A stretch of DNA of 64,000 bases, taken from contig CAWHAE010000016.1 of NCBI GenBank assembly GCA_963827235.1, positions 544,001 through 608,000 of the forward strand. Direction: 5' to 3'. This document shows, piece after piece, positions 41,044 through 50,698 of this stretch. Source of the stretch: an uncultured bacterium. GTDB taxonomy: Bacteria; Chloroflexota; UBA5177; JANWHV01. The number at the start of each line of letters is the position of its first letter. Position 1 is the stretch's first letter. A model generated the notes under the pieces. It saw nothing but the letters and a program-made list of their open reading frames with translations. It did no database searches and was not told where the DNA came from. Both the position numbers and the translations under genes were made by a program.

Positions 41044-42231
41044 ATGGCAAAGAAGAGCGTTCGCGACATCGAAGTCAGCGGTAAGCGCGTGCTCGTTCGT
41101 GCCGACCTCAACGCGCCTCAGCGCGAGGACGGCTCGGTCTCGGACGACACCCGCTTGCGGGCGTCGCGTCCTACGCTGCAATACCTTCGCACGCACGGCG
41201 CAAGCGTCGTCCTCATGTCCCACCTCGGCCGCCCAAAGGGCAAAGTCGACGAGCGGTATCGCATGGCACCGATCGCCGCCAAGCTCTCTGAGATCCTCGG
41301 CCAGGACGTGATCATGGCACCCGACTGCGTGGGACCGGAAGTGGAGGCTCTCGCCGCGAAGCTGGAGCCCGGCCAGATTCTCCTCCTGGAGAACCTGCGC
41401 TTCCATAAGGAGGAAGAGGCCAACGATCCGGTCTTCGCCCAGGCGCTGGCGAAGCTCGGTGACATTTATGTCAACGATGCGTTCGGCACTGCGCACCGCG
41501 CCCACGCGTCGACCGAAGGCGTGACCCACTATCTGCCGTCGGTGGCCGGCTTGCTCATGCAGAAGGAGCTCGACGCGCTGGGCAACCTGGTCGAGAATCC
41601 TGCGCGGCCGTTCGCTGCCATCATCGGCGGGGCCAAGGTCTCGTCGAAGCTGGCAGTGCTGAAGAACCTCCTGCAGAAGGTCGACGTCCTGGTAATTGGC
41701 GGCGGCATGGCGGGCACGTTCCTCAAGGCCAAGGGCCAGGAGATCGGCGAGTCGCTGCTCGAGGCCGACCTGATCGACGACGCCAGAGCAATCGAGTCAG
41801 CCGCCGCGGAACGGGGCGTGAAGTTCCTCCTGCCGGTGGACACGGTAATCGGCAACAAGTTTGCCGCCGATGCCGAGCGGAAAGTCGTGGCGGCCGGTCA
41901 GATACCGGCGGGCTGGCAGCAGCTTGACATCGGGCCACAGACGATCCAGCTCTTTGAAGAAGCCCTCGCTACGTGCAAGACCATCCTTTGGAACGGTCCT
42001 ATGGGCGTCTTCGAATTCGAGCCGTTTGCGGTCGGCACCAACGCCATCGCGTCGTTCCTGGCGCGCAGCAGCGCCGTGACCGTCGTCGGCGGTGGAGATT
42101 CGGTGGCTGCCCTCGAAGGCCAGGGCCTTGCCTCGAAGATGACTCACGTCTCGACGGGCGGCGGAGCCAGCCTGGAATTCCTTGAAGGCCGGGTCTTGCC
42201 CGGCGTGGCCGCCCTGGAGGATCACGCATGA
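41044..42231 (+). CDS. pgk: phosphoglycerate kinase
   Basis: SHLGRPKG, LENLRF, NDAFGTAHR, WNGPMGVFE, STGGGASLE. Confidence 0.99.
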   Translation: MAKKSVRDIEVSGKRVLVRADLNAPQREDGSVSDDTRLRASRPTLQYLRTHGASVVLMSHLGRPKGKVDERYRMAPIAAKLSEILGQDVIMAPDCVGPEVEALAAKLEPGQILLLENLRFHKEEEANDPVFAQALAKLGDIYVNDAFGTAHRAHASTEGVTHYLPSVAGLLMQKELDALGNLVENPARPFAAIIGGAKVSSKLAVLKNLLQKVDVLVIGGGMAGTFLKAKGQEIGESLLEADLIDDARAIESAAAERGVKFLLPVDTVIGNKFAADAERKVVAAGQIPAGWQQLDIGPQTIQLFEEALATCKTILWNGPMGVFEFEPFAVGTNAIASFLARSSAVTVVGGGDSVAALEGQGLASKMTHVSTGGGASLEFLEGRVLPGVAALEDHA

Positions 42232-42992
42232 GCGCATCTGCTCGGCGGCCAATCGTGGCTGCCAACTGGAAGATGAATACGACGCCGGCCGATGCCGGTA
42301 GCCTGGCAAAGAGCATCGTGGAGGCTACCGCGGCGACTCGTCAGGTGGAAGTGGTGATCTGCCCGCCCGCGATCTCGCTCATCGCCGTCCGCGACGCGGT
42401 CGGCGGCGTAGTCGGCGTGGGCGCGCAGAACATCCACTGGAAGGACTCCGGGGCGTTTACCGGTGAGGTGTCGGCGCCGATGCTCAAGGGCATCGCCACC
42501 CACACCATTATCGGCCACTCGGAGCGCCGGCAATACTTCGGCGAGACGGACGAGACCGTGCACGACAAGGTTCGTGCCGCGCTCTCGCACGGTATCACGC
42601 CGATCGTGTGCGTCGGCGAGACGCTCAAGCAGCGCGAGGCCGGTATCACCGCCGACCTGGTCGCTCTGCAGGTACGCGCCGCGCTGCACGGCATCACCTC
42701 CGAGGAGCTCTCCGGCATCGTCGTCGCCTATGAGCCCGTGTGGGCAATCGGCACCGGCCTCGCGGCCACCAGTGCCGACGCCAACGCGGTGGCGATCGAG
42801 ATACGAAATGTGCTTGCCGATCTGGGAGGCAGCGCCGCGGCCGAAGCCGTCCGGATTCAGTACGGCGGCAGCGTCACCGCGTCGAATGGCCCGGATTACC
42901 TGCAGCAGTCCGACATCGACGGCGCCCTCGTCGGCGGTGCCAGCCTCAAGCCTTTCGACTTCGCGGGTATTGTGAAGGCCGCTGCTCGATAG
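42228..42992 (+). CDS. tpiA: triosephosphate isomerase
   Basis: ANWKMN, GAFTGE, GHSERR, AYEPVWAIGTG, LVGGASL. Confidence 0.98.
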   Translation: MSASARRPIVAANWKMNTTPADAGSLAKSIVEATAATRQVEVVICPPAISLIAVRDAVGGVVGVGAQNIHWKDSGAFTGEVSAPMLKGIATHTIIGHSERRQYFGETDETVHDKVRAALSHGITPIVCVGETLKQREAGITADLVALQVRAALHGITSEELSGIVVAYEPVWAIGTGLAATSADANAVAIEIRNVLADLGGSAAAEAVRIQYGGSVTASNGPDYLQQSDIDGALVGGASLKPFDFAGIVKAAAR

Positions 42993-43001
42993 GATCAACC
43001 A

Positions 43002-43041
43002 CGGTCACCGGCGTGGGGCATCAGCCCCACGCCGGTGACCG
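43002..43041 (+). terminator. 18-bp perfect hairpin after tpiA (terminator or stabiliser)
   Basis: CGGTCACCGGCGTGGGGC-ATCA-GCCCCACGCCGGTGACCG; no U tract. Confidence 0.6.
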
Positions 43042-43060
43042 CCATCCACAGGTGAGGTAC

Positions 43061-43885
43061 ATGACACCCGACTCCGCCCATGCGTCCGGCAGACGCGGCG
43101 ACGCAGCACCTCCCACACCTCGCGTGTCCGATGCCGCCGTGACGAGCGTAGCGATAGGTGCCGGCCTCCCGGCGCGGGACGGTGAGAACCGAGTGCTCGT
43201 CGGCGTGATCTGGGATCTGGACGGTACGCTGGCAGACACCGAGGAGGCGCATTTCCGGGCGTGGCAGGCCCTGTTCGCCAGACTTGAGCGCACGTTGAGT
43301 TGGGAAGAGTTCAAGCCAACCTTCGGCCTAGGCAACCCGGACATCCTGCGCCTGTTGATCGATGCCAACCTTGCCGACGACGACGTGCAACGTCTCAGCG
43401 ATGAAAAGGAAGCGCTGTTCCGCCAGTTCTCCGAGGACATCAAACCGATGCCGGGAGCGATCGAGCTCGCGCGGCACCTCCATCGCCTGGGTATCCCGCA
43501 GGCTATCGGCTCCTCGGCACCGCCGGAAAACATCCCGCACGTGCTGAACACGCTCGCCGTGTCCGACCTATTCGAGGCCACGGTCTCGCGCTGGGAGGTC
43601 GAGCAAGGCAAGCCGGCTCCCGATATCTTTCTCGTCGCCGCGCGCAAGATCGGCGTGCCGCCCGTCCAGTGCTTGGTCCTGGAGGACGCTCCTCCGGGCA
43701 TAGCCGCCGCACGCGCCGGTGGAATGCGGTGCGTGGCCCTGGTGGGCACATGGCCCGCGGACACCCTCACCAACGCCGACTACATGGTGCGCACGTTCGC
43801 CGACCTCGTCTGGGATCGCGAGACGTACGCGCGCTTTGCGTCGGGAAACTGGAATCCTCCCGACGACGTGCCGACCCAGTCCTGA
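43061..43885 (+). CDS. HAD-superfamily phosphatase (beta-PGM/CbbY-like)
   Basis: WDLDGTLADT, GSS, GKPAPDIF, LEDA..GI.AA..GGM; start uncertain (43061 or ~43195). Confidence 0.88.
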   Translation: MTPDSAHASGRRGDAAPPTPRVSDAAVTSVAIGAGLPARDGENRVLVGVIWDLDGTLADTEEAHFRAWQALFARLERTLSWEEFKPTFGLGNPDILRLLIDANLADDDVQRLSDEKEALFRQFSEDIKPMPGAIELARHLHRLGIPQAIGSSAPPENIPHVLNTLAVSDLFEATVSRWEVEQGKPAPDIFLVAARKIGVPPVQCLVLEDAPPGIAAARAGGMRCVALVGTWPADTLTNADYMVRTFADLVWDRETYARFASGNWNPPDDVPTQS

Positions 43886-44067
43886 TCAGAGTCGCCGCGC
43901 AGCGCGCCTGCTCCCGCGGATCCGACGACTGATTCCGACCACCACGCACGGCGCTTTGCAGGAGCGATGCCGTCGCCAACACACGTTCACGCTCAGGGCA
44001 AGCGACCAAGCCCACACCCACGCTCGTAAGTGCGCGACTCTGTAGTGATGACGGACGCCCTGACCGC

Positions 44068-45084
44068 TCAGGCGGGCGGCAGGGTGAAGCGGCCCTGGTC
44101 CATGATTGGGCGTCCATCCACCCAGATGCTGGTGCGCAGGGGAATCACGTCCACGTGGGTCCCGCTGGACCAGTCGGCGCCGGTGCGGTCCGGGTATGGG
44201 TTGCCGAAGGCGACGTGCAGGCCCGGAAATTTCTCGTCTTGCAAGAGATTGCCGGTAAGTTCGGTGAGCAGGTCATTGGTGCCGATAGCGAACTCTCCGG
44301 CACGGCGACCGTTGGGCGAGGCGCTCAGATAGTCCCAGATCTCGGTTGATAGGGCCCGGTCCGGATGGTCCACCGATACAACGTGGCTCTGTTCGACGTG
44401 GAACACCACCGGAGCGTCGAGGAGCCCATACTTCTCGCTGAAGTAATCCCCGATCAGGCGCGCAGTAAGCGTGCCCTCGAGGCCGGCGGGCGAGGTATAG
44501 GTCTCCCCCTCGGGCAGGTTCCCCCAGTCTCCCTGCTGGCGGTACAGGCCGTGACAGGGCACCCAGCGCAGCCGATCCGGATCGAAGCTGGCGGTGAGGC
44601 TGGTGCCCTCGTCGTTCTGCACGCGGATCGTGCGACAGGACGCGACCAGTGCATTCACTCGCGTGGTCAGGTCGGCGACGTGCTCATAGTCGACCCGCAT
44701 GCCGGTGCGCATCAGCTGTGGCGTGATGCCGATCATGTGGCCATGGCGCACATGAAGCTCGGTGCGGAGGAACGGTCCGAGAGGTATGCGGAAACCGATC
44801 TCGCCGGGGCGTCCCTGGGCAGCGAAGAAGCTCGCGGTCGGCCCGAAGGCGCGCATATCCGTAACCAACGTATCCGGGAGGCGAAGCAACGGGCGCGGTC
44901 CCAGTTCCTCGAGACGCATGAGCCGGCAGGTAGCGCCCCGCTCGTCCGCCGCAATGCGCAGCGCCTCGCCGATTGGGAGAGTCTCGTCGTCGGTAATGAT
45001 ATAGACGCGGTCCGCACGCGTGATGGCCAGGCACTGCACGACAGCGGTGCGAGCGCCGGGAAGCAGGTCGTCGAGCATTGTCAT
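44068..45084 (-). CDS. aminopeptidase (M29-like metallopeptidase)
   Basis: NLPEGETYTSP, GEFAIGTN, LQDEK.PGLHVAFG, H.D motifs. Confidence 0.88.
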   Translation of the reverse strand: MTMLDDLLPGARTAVVQCLAITRADRVYIITDDETLPIGEALRIAADERGATCRLMRLEELGPRPLLRLPDTLVTDMRAFGPTASFFAAQGRPGEIGFRIPLGPFLRTELHVRHGHMIGITPQLMRTGMRVDYEHVADLTTRVNALVASCRTIRVQNDEGTSLTASFDPDRLRWVPCHGLYRQQGDWGNLPEGETYTSPAGLEGTLTARLIGDYFSEKYGLLDAPVVFHVEQSHVVSVDHPDRALSTEIWDYLSASPNGRRAGEFAIGTNDLLTELTGNLLQDEKFPGLHVAFGNPYPDRTGADWSSGTHVDVIPLRTSIWVDGRPIMDQGRFTLPPA

Positions 45085-45336
45085 GAGGGGCGGCTCCTGG
45101 CACTGAGCGATGTGGGGCCGCGACGGCGGCTCCTTCTGGTAGCCCCAGTGTACCGCGGCCATACCGGAGGCGGCTTGCTCGGCACGGTGACGGTTATGCC
45201 GTCTTTGGCCAGCGTGGCCGGTCTTGGCTCCGCGGGGTAGCCATCCGATATGATGAGGTCGGGCGCTTAGCGAGCATGGCGGGCCGCAATGAGTCGGCGA
45301 CCTCGCGGAACTGCCCTCCCGTGAAGGCGGTGCACG

Positions 45337-46401
45337 ATGGACGACGAATACGAGCTGCTCGCGGCAGCGCTTGACGCGCTGCCCAACGGCTTTGCGCGCA
45401 CCACCGCCGGCCTTGAGCTGCGCATCCTGCGCAAGATCTTCTCACCGGACGAGGCTGAGCTGGCATGCCGCCTAACAGGCACTGCTGCTAGCGCAGTGGA
45501 GATTGCCGCCCGCGTCCGGCTGCCGGCTGCAGAGGTCGCTCGACGCTTGCCCGCGCTCGTCGCCCGAGGTCTGGTGCGCCAGGAGTCCGAAGGTGATGTC
45601 CCTTTGTTCCGGCTGGCGCCGTTCATGGTAGGTATCTTCGAGTCACAATCGGATGTCCTTGATCACGAGCTGGCGCACCTGGTTGAGGGCTACATGGCGG
45701 CCGGCGGCGCGGCAGGCATCATGCAGCCGGAACCAGCCCTCCATCGCGTCCTGCCAGCGCAGGGCACGGTGAAATCTGAATGGATTCTTCCCTACGAAGA
45801 CGTGCGCGCACTGCTGTTGGCTGCTACTACTTACAACGCGGGAACTTGTATCTGCCGTGCGGAGCGCGAGCTGGTCGGTCAGAAGTGCGCGTATCCGCGG
45901 GACATGTGTCTGAGCTTCTCCACCGCGGTGCGGGAATGGCAGCCCGGTGACCTCACGCGCGACGAAGCGCTCGCACTGCTCGACCGGACGGAGGAGCTTG
46001 GTCTGGTGCACACAGTCTCCAACGTCATGCAGGGCGTGGACTATGTTTGCAATTGCTGTGGCTGTTGCTGCGCCATCCTGCGCGGGATCACGGAGTGGGG
46101 CATAAAGCAGTCGGTCGCGGCGGCGAGCTACTACGCCGTCATCGATGAGGACCTCTGCGCGGCATGCGGGACGTGTGTGGGGCGCTGCCAGGTCCACGCC
46201 ATTGCCGAACGCGATGGCGTTCCGGTCGTGAGCCGCGAGCAATGCATCGGCTGCGGATTGTGTGCCAGCGGCTGCCCCAACAGAGCGGCCAGGCTGGAAC
46301 GCAAGGCCGAGGCTGAGCACCTACCTACGCCCGTCGATCGCTTCGCCTGGGAAGACGAGCGCGCGCGCAACCGAGCGATGGCCGGCGCCGCTGGTCGCTA
46401 G
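45337..46401 (+). CDS. Cys-rich iron-sulfur protein with C-terminal 2x[4Fe-4S] ferredoxin domain
   Basis: CICR, CNCCGCCC, CAACGTCVGRC and CIGCGLCASGCP motifs. Confidence 0.88.
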   Translation: MDDEYELLAAALDALPNGFARTTAGLELRILRKIFSPDEAELACRLTGTAASAVEIAARVRLPAAEVARRLPALVARGLVRQESEGDVPLFRLAPFMVGIFESQSDVLDHELAHLVEGYMAAGGAAGIMQPEPALHRVLPAQGTVKSEWILPYEDVRALLLAATTYNAGTCICRAERELVGQKCAYPRDMCLSFSTAVREWQPGDLTRDEALALLDRTEELGLVHTVSNVMQGVDYVCNCCGCCCAILRGITEWGIKQSVAAASYYAVIDEDLCAACGTCVGRCQVHAIAERDGVPVVSREQCIGCGLCASGCPNRAARLERKAEAEHLPTPVDRFAWEDERARNRAMAGAAGR

Positions 46402-46527
46402 CCCCGGTCCAGGCCGCCGTCCCGAATGACCGCGCGCTCTGTGCATTCGTACCTGTCGGCTGCCCCTCGGCGCTCAGTGTCAATCAGGGTCGTGCCATGT
46501 GCAGGCTTAGCTCGCGACCTCATTTTG

Positions 46528-47079
46528 CTAGTGGGCAGCCGGACCGGCAATCGTGATACTGGCAAAGATGCGGGCAAGAGCACGACCTTGCGCCGCCGCC
46601 GGGCCGCGCGGGGTGCCGCCCACCGTGGTCACCAGAGCTGAGCCGAACACGTACATGACATGTGCACGGTAGGCAACCAGCCCGGTGAACGTGACCGCCT
46701 GGCCCGAGTCTCGATTGACTTTCGCCACGCCTCGCGTGAGCTGCATGCCGTGGATCAGCACGCGAGAGTAGCTTACTTTCGCTGAAGCCGGCACGCCGGC
46801 GGAGCCGAGGATGTCCAGCACCAGCTTGCGCAGATCGGCGGCAGTCGGTGCGGCCATACCGCCCTCAGCGCCCGCGTCAAAGGCCGCACCGGTGTCCGCA
46901 GTGCGAACCGCCAGGTCGGTGCCGGATGCAGCGAAGTGCTGCCAGTCGCCGGGATAGGAGACGCTATAGCCAAGCTTCGCGTTGTGATAGACGCGCCAGC
47001 CCGCGGCGGACGCCTGGGGAGCGATACCAAGATTGACGAGCGTCGTCGCAAGTGCAAGTACTATCGCCAGGTATCGCAT
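46528..47079 (-). CDS. secreted hypothetical protein (PsbP-like N-terminal motif)
   Basis: Signal peptide MRYLAIVLAL..ASA, W..Y....GYSVSYP.DW; AAGGA RBS. Confidence 0.75.
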   Translation of the reverse strand: MRYLAIVLALATTLVNLGIAPQASAAGWRVYHNAKLGYSVSYPGDWQHFAASGTDLAVRTADTGAAFDAGAEGGMAAPTAADLRKLVLDILGSAGVPASAKVSYSRVLIHGMQLTRGVAKVNRDSGQAVTFTGLVAYRAHVMYVFGSALVTTVGGTPRGPAAAQGRALARIFASITIAGPAAH

Positions 47080-47603
47080 TGCTCTATTCCTTTCACGCAA
47101 AGCAAATTCGTCGACGTCCCAGGCCGCCTCAAACATAGGGCTCCGCAGGCTACGTCCGTCCCGCTGAACGAGGCCGGCAGTGGAGGCCTCCTTTTCATGC
47201 TACCTAACGCAGAGCCCGGATCCGGATCCGCGAGCTGCGTGGCACCAGGCGATGGCGTCCATGCGCTTGAGACCGCCAATCCAACTCTTGTTTGACCCGT
47301 CCTCGACGGCCCAAGAATAGCCATCTCGAACGCCATAGACCCTCCTGGCGGTCCTGGAAAGGCCCCACTAACTCGGCCGCGGCGCTGCCAACAGACAGCG
47401 CTCGCCAGGGTGCAGAGAGTGCTGATCAGAGGACACCGTGGCCGTCTCGTCCATGAGCTTGCGAAGCGAAAACGCGGCAGCATGATTGGGCCGCGAGCGT
47501 GACTCCAAGGTGCTACCGGCTACAGAGGCGACGCACAGCGCCATCGCCCTTGGCTCGGCACGCTAGCCGCCGACGCAGGAAGTAAGCGCCGCTCGCCCGA
47601 ACT

Positions 47604-48644
47604 CTACGCTCGGGCCGGAACGCCGGTGGAGCGGCGGACGACCAGCGTGGTCGGGAGCCAGAGCTGTCCGGTCGGCTCGACGGCGGGGCCGACACCCACC
47701 GCGCTGAGCGCCTGCTTCGCGGCTGCCATGCCGATGGCGACCCTGGGCAGTGCGACGGTGGTAAGCGGCGGGTTGACGAGCGATGCCGGGATGATGTCGC
47801 CGATGCCGATCACCGACAGAAAGCGCGGAATACGCAATCCCTGCTCCTCCGCGCTCTGGATGAGGCCGATTGCCGCCATGTCGCTCACGGCAATGAGCGC
47901 CGTGGGCCGCGGTCTGAGCGCGAGCACGGCTTCCAGTGCAAGGCGCCCGCCGTCCAGGCGTGCGTTGCCCGGCACCGTGCAGAGCGACTGCCGGTTCCCA
48001 CCGCTCTGTTCCCACGCGGCAACGGCGATGGCCTCCAGCGACGAGCCTTCCGCCAGGTCGTCGGTCATCAGGGCGATTCGCTCGTGACCCAGCTCCCGCA
48101 GGTGGTCGGCCGCGGCCCGCAGCCCGGTCATGAGGTCCGGCGTCACGTGGACGCCGGCGTCGATGGCGCCCGGACCGCTGTTCACGAGCACCGTTGGCAG
48201 ACGCGCGGTCGCCATGCGCTCCAGGATCTCCGGTGAGAGACCGTCCGTCACGACGATCACGACGTCGACGCGCCTGCTGGCCAATGAATCGAGGAAGGCC
48301 GCCACGCGCTCTCCGTTGCCGGCCGCGCTGCAGACGAGAAGGTCGTAGCGCGCTCCGGCAAGGACCGACTCCACACCGCTCACTATGTCGGGAAAATGCG
48401 GATCCAGCATATCTGCCACGAGTATGCCCATGGTCATAGTGCGGCCGCTCAGCAGGCTGCGTGCGGCAGCACTTGGCCGATAGTTGAGCTCGCGCGCGAT
48501 GCGCAGTATACGCTCCCGTACCTCCGTGCTGATCGGCGCCGTGCCGTTGAGCGCATGCGAGACCGTGGAAGGCACGACGTTGGCCATGCGCGCCACGTCG
48601 GCAATGGTCGTCGGTCGTGGCCGCTTGCGGGCGTCTACTGACAT
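47604..48644 (-). CDS. LacI-family transcriptional regulator
   Basis: TIADVARMANV..STVSHALNG, YRPSAAARSL, SD.AAIG, PPLTTV. Confidence 0.95.
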   Translation of the reverse strand: MSVDARKRPRPTTIADVARMANVVPSTVSHALNGTAPISTEVRERILRIARELNYRPSAAARSLLSGRTMTMGILVADMLDPHFPDIVSGVESVLAGARYDLLVCSAAGNGERVAAFLDSLASRRVDVVIVVTDGLSPEILERMATARLPTVLVNSGPGAIDAGVHVTPDLMTGLRAAADHLRELGHERIALMTDDLAEGSSLEAIAVAAWEQSGGNRQSLCTVPGNARLDGGRLALEAVLALRPRPTALIAVSDMAAIGLIQSAEEQGLRIPRFLSVIGIGDIIPASLVNPPLTTVALPRVAIGMAAAKQALSAVGVGPAVEPTGQLWLPTTLVVRRSTGVPARA

Positions 48645-50353
48645 GGCTGCAGCCCCATCCCCGGGAGGTCGGCCTCGTCCGCGGGCCAGGCGGGACGCCG
48701 TGGCGTGCTCTGCACCACCATGTGGTCGGCGCCCTGGGCAGCGCGTCCCGCCGTGCCCAGGGCATGTTGGAACACGAGCTCCTGGGTCGCCGTTGACCGG
48801 CTGAACTCGGCCACGATGCGGCCCTTGCGGACCACACCGACGCGGTCAGCGACGTTTAGAAGCTCAGGCAGCTCGGAACAGATGACCAGCAGTCCGATGC
48901 CCTGCGCGGCAAGGTAGCGAATAAGCGAGCAGATCTCCATCTTTGCCGTGACATCCACGCCTCGCATGGGCTCATCAAGGATCAGAACCTTGGGCAGCGT
49001 AGCAAACCACTTGGCAAGGACGACCTTCTGTTGATTCCCCCCCGACAGCCCTTGCACCGCGCACGACTGTACAGGCGTGCAGACGCCAAGCTGCGCGATA
49101 AGCCGCGCGGCCATGCGCAGGCCGATCCCCGGCGTCACCAGCCCGGCATGGGCGATGCGGTCCCAGATGGGCAGTGCCACGTTTGCACTGGCCGGCTGAC
49201 GCAAAATGAGTCCGTCCACTTCTCGATCCTCGGTCAGCATGCCGATCCCTGCCTTGATAGCGTCGCGCGGCGAGCGGATACGCAGCGACCGGCCATACAC
49301 GCGGATCAACCCGCCGTCGAGCGGATCAACGCCGAAGATGGCACGTGCGATTCTTGTCCGGCCGGAGCCTGTCAATCCTGCCAGGCCGTAGATCTCGCCC
49401 GCCGTGATCTCGAAGCTTACGTCCTCGAAGATATTCCGCCGGCTCAGATGCTCCACCTGTAGTGCCACGGATCGTCCGGGCCGGTTGAGCACGCCAACTC
49501 CGGCTTGCTCACCCGCCCCGACCCGCATGACGAACTGACTGATCAAGGACTCGCGCGTGACCTCGGCTACTCTGATCGCCTCCGTGGTTGTGCCGCTACG
49601 CATGATGGTAACACGGTCGGCGATGGTCAAGACCTCGTCCAGCTTATGGCTGATATAGATCACCCCGGCTCCGCGATCCCGCAGATGGCGCAACACCTCG
49701 AACAGGCGGGCGGTCTCCACGGATCCGAGGGCAGCAGTCGGTTCGTCGAGGATACACAGCCGCACGTTGCGGATGAGCGCCCTGGCAATGGCCACGATCT
49801 GGCGCTCAGCCAGGCCCAATTTGGCCACGGGCGTGGCCGCGTCGAAGGAGGCGCCCAGCTCGCGCAGCAAATCGGTGGCGCGGTCGCGCATCTGGTGCCG
49901 ATGCATGAGAGGGATGCGCTCGAACACCAGCTCGGCGCCCAGGAAGATATTGTCGGCGACCGTCAAGCCGGGCACGAACTGCGGTTCCTGGTGGATGGTC
50001 ACGATACCGTACCGCTGAGCGTCTCGGGGTGAGGCAAACCGCACCTTTCGGCCGGCAATACGCATCTCACCGGCGTCCGGGGCATAGATGCCGGCCACGA
50101 TGTTGGCCAGCGTCGTCTTGCCGCTGCCGTTGGCGCCGACTATGGCGTGGATCTCCCCCGGACGCACCTCCAGGTCGGCCGAAACGATGCCGGAACCCTG
50201 GATGAAGCTTTTCCGTATGCCGCGCAGCTCGACAAGGGGCTCCTCCGCGGCCCCAAGGCCCTGCGGAGCGATCGATGCTCTTGTCGTGCCTTGCAACGCC
50301 GCGCCGGCGCCACGATCGTCGTGCCTGCGCCGCTCGAAAGGTAGGATGTTCAT
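48635..50353 (-). CDS. second sugar ABC transporter ATP-binding protein (RbsA-like, tandem NBDs)
   Basis: GANGSGKTT, ILDEPTAAL, YISHKL, LSGGNQQKV, LILDEP. Confidence 0.92.
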   Translation of the reverse strand: MNILPFERRRHDDRGAGAALQGTTRASIAPQGLGAAEEPLVELRGIRKSFIQGSGIVSADLEVRPGEIHAIVGANGSGKTTLANIVAGIYAPDAGEMRIAGRKVRFASPRDAQRYGIVTIHQEPQFVPGLTVADNIFLGAELVFERIPLMHRHQMRDRATDLLRELGASFDAATPVAKLGLAERQIVAIARALIRNVRLCILDEPTAALGSVETARLFEVLRHLRDRGAGVIYISHKLDEVLTIADRVTIMRSGTTTEAIRVAEVTRESLISQFVMRVGAGEQAGVGVLNRPGRSVALQVEHLSRRNIFEDVSFEITAGEIYGLAGLTGSGRTRIARAIFGVDPLDGGLIRVYGRSLRIRSPRDAIKAGIGMLTEDREVDGLILRQPASANVALPIWDRIAHAGLVTPGIGLRMAARLIAQLGVCTPVQSCAVQGLSGGNQQKVVLAKWFATLPKVLILDEPMRGVDVTAKMEICSLIRYLAAQGIGLLVICSELPELLNVADRVGVVRKGRIVAEFSRSTATQELVFQHALGTAGRAAQGADHMVVQSTPRRPAWPADEADLPGMGLQPCQ

Positions 50354-50390
50354 GGCCACCTCGCCACGTACAGAACTGCACCTTTCACGC

Positions 50391-50418
50391 ATCGTACCAC
50401 ATCATGCAAGCGTTTCAA
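50391..50418 (-). promoter_or_regulatory. promoter TTGAAA-N16-TACGAT overlapped by LacI-type operator TTGAAACGCTTGCA
   Basis: AANCGNTT core at 50405-50418 overlapping the -35, upstream of the ATPase-LacI pair. Confidence 0.5.
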
Positions 50419-50698
50419 TGAGCTCCCGACCAGACTCGCGTAGGCTAGCATACGCCACCGGCGAGCCCAAGGTGCGGGCGGCCTGCGTTCCAGTGTGCAC
50501 TCGCGTCACACGCCGGCCGTCGGGACGACACCACGCATCGATCGCCTGGCGGGGACCGCGCTCCGCCGGTCGCCTCCGCCGGCTGCAAGGATCATCCCGT
50601 GCCGCTGCACTCTGGCTCCACGAGGGGCCGTGCTCCGTGCTAGGAAACGCATGCCGCCGTTCGATCAACGTGCTATCCGCAGGCGGCGATGTGATGCG

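Noticed and set aside
43061-43885. HAD enzyme as beta-phosphoglucomutase partner of the GH94 phosphorylase
   Set aside because: GH94 cellobiose phosphorylase yields alpha-glucose-1-phosphate, and the genes are ~19 kb apart
47061-47600. ORF MAFEMAILG... with AGGAGG RBS, or a c-di-GMP/c-di-AMP riboswitch upstream of the secreted protein
   Set aside because: Atypical codon usage, overlap with the next gene and no aptamer consensus
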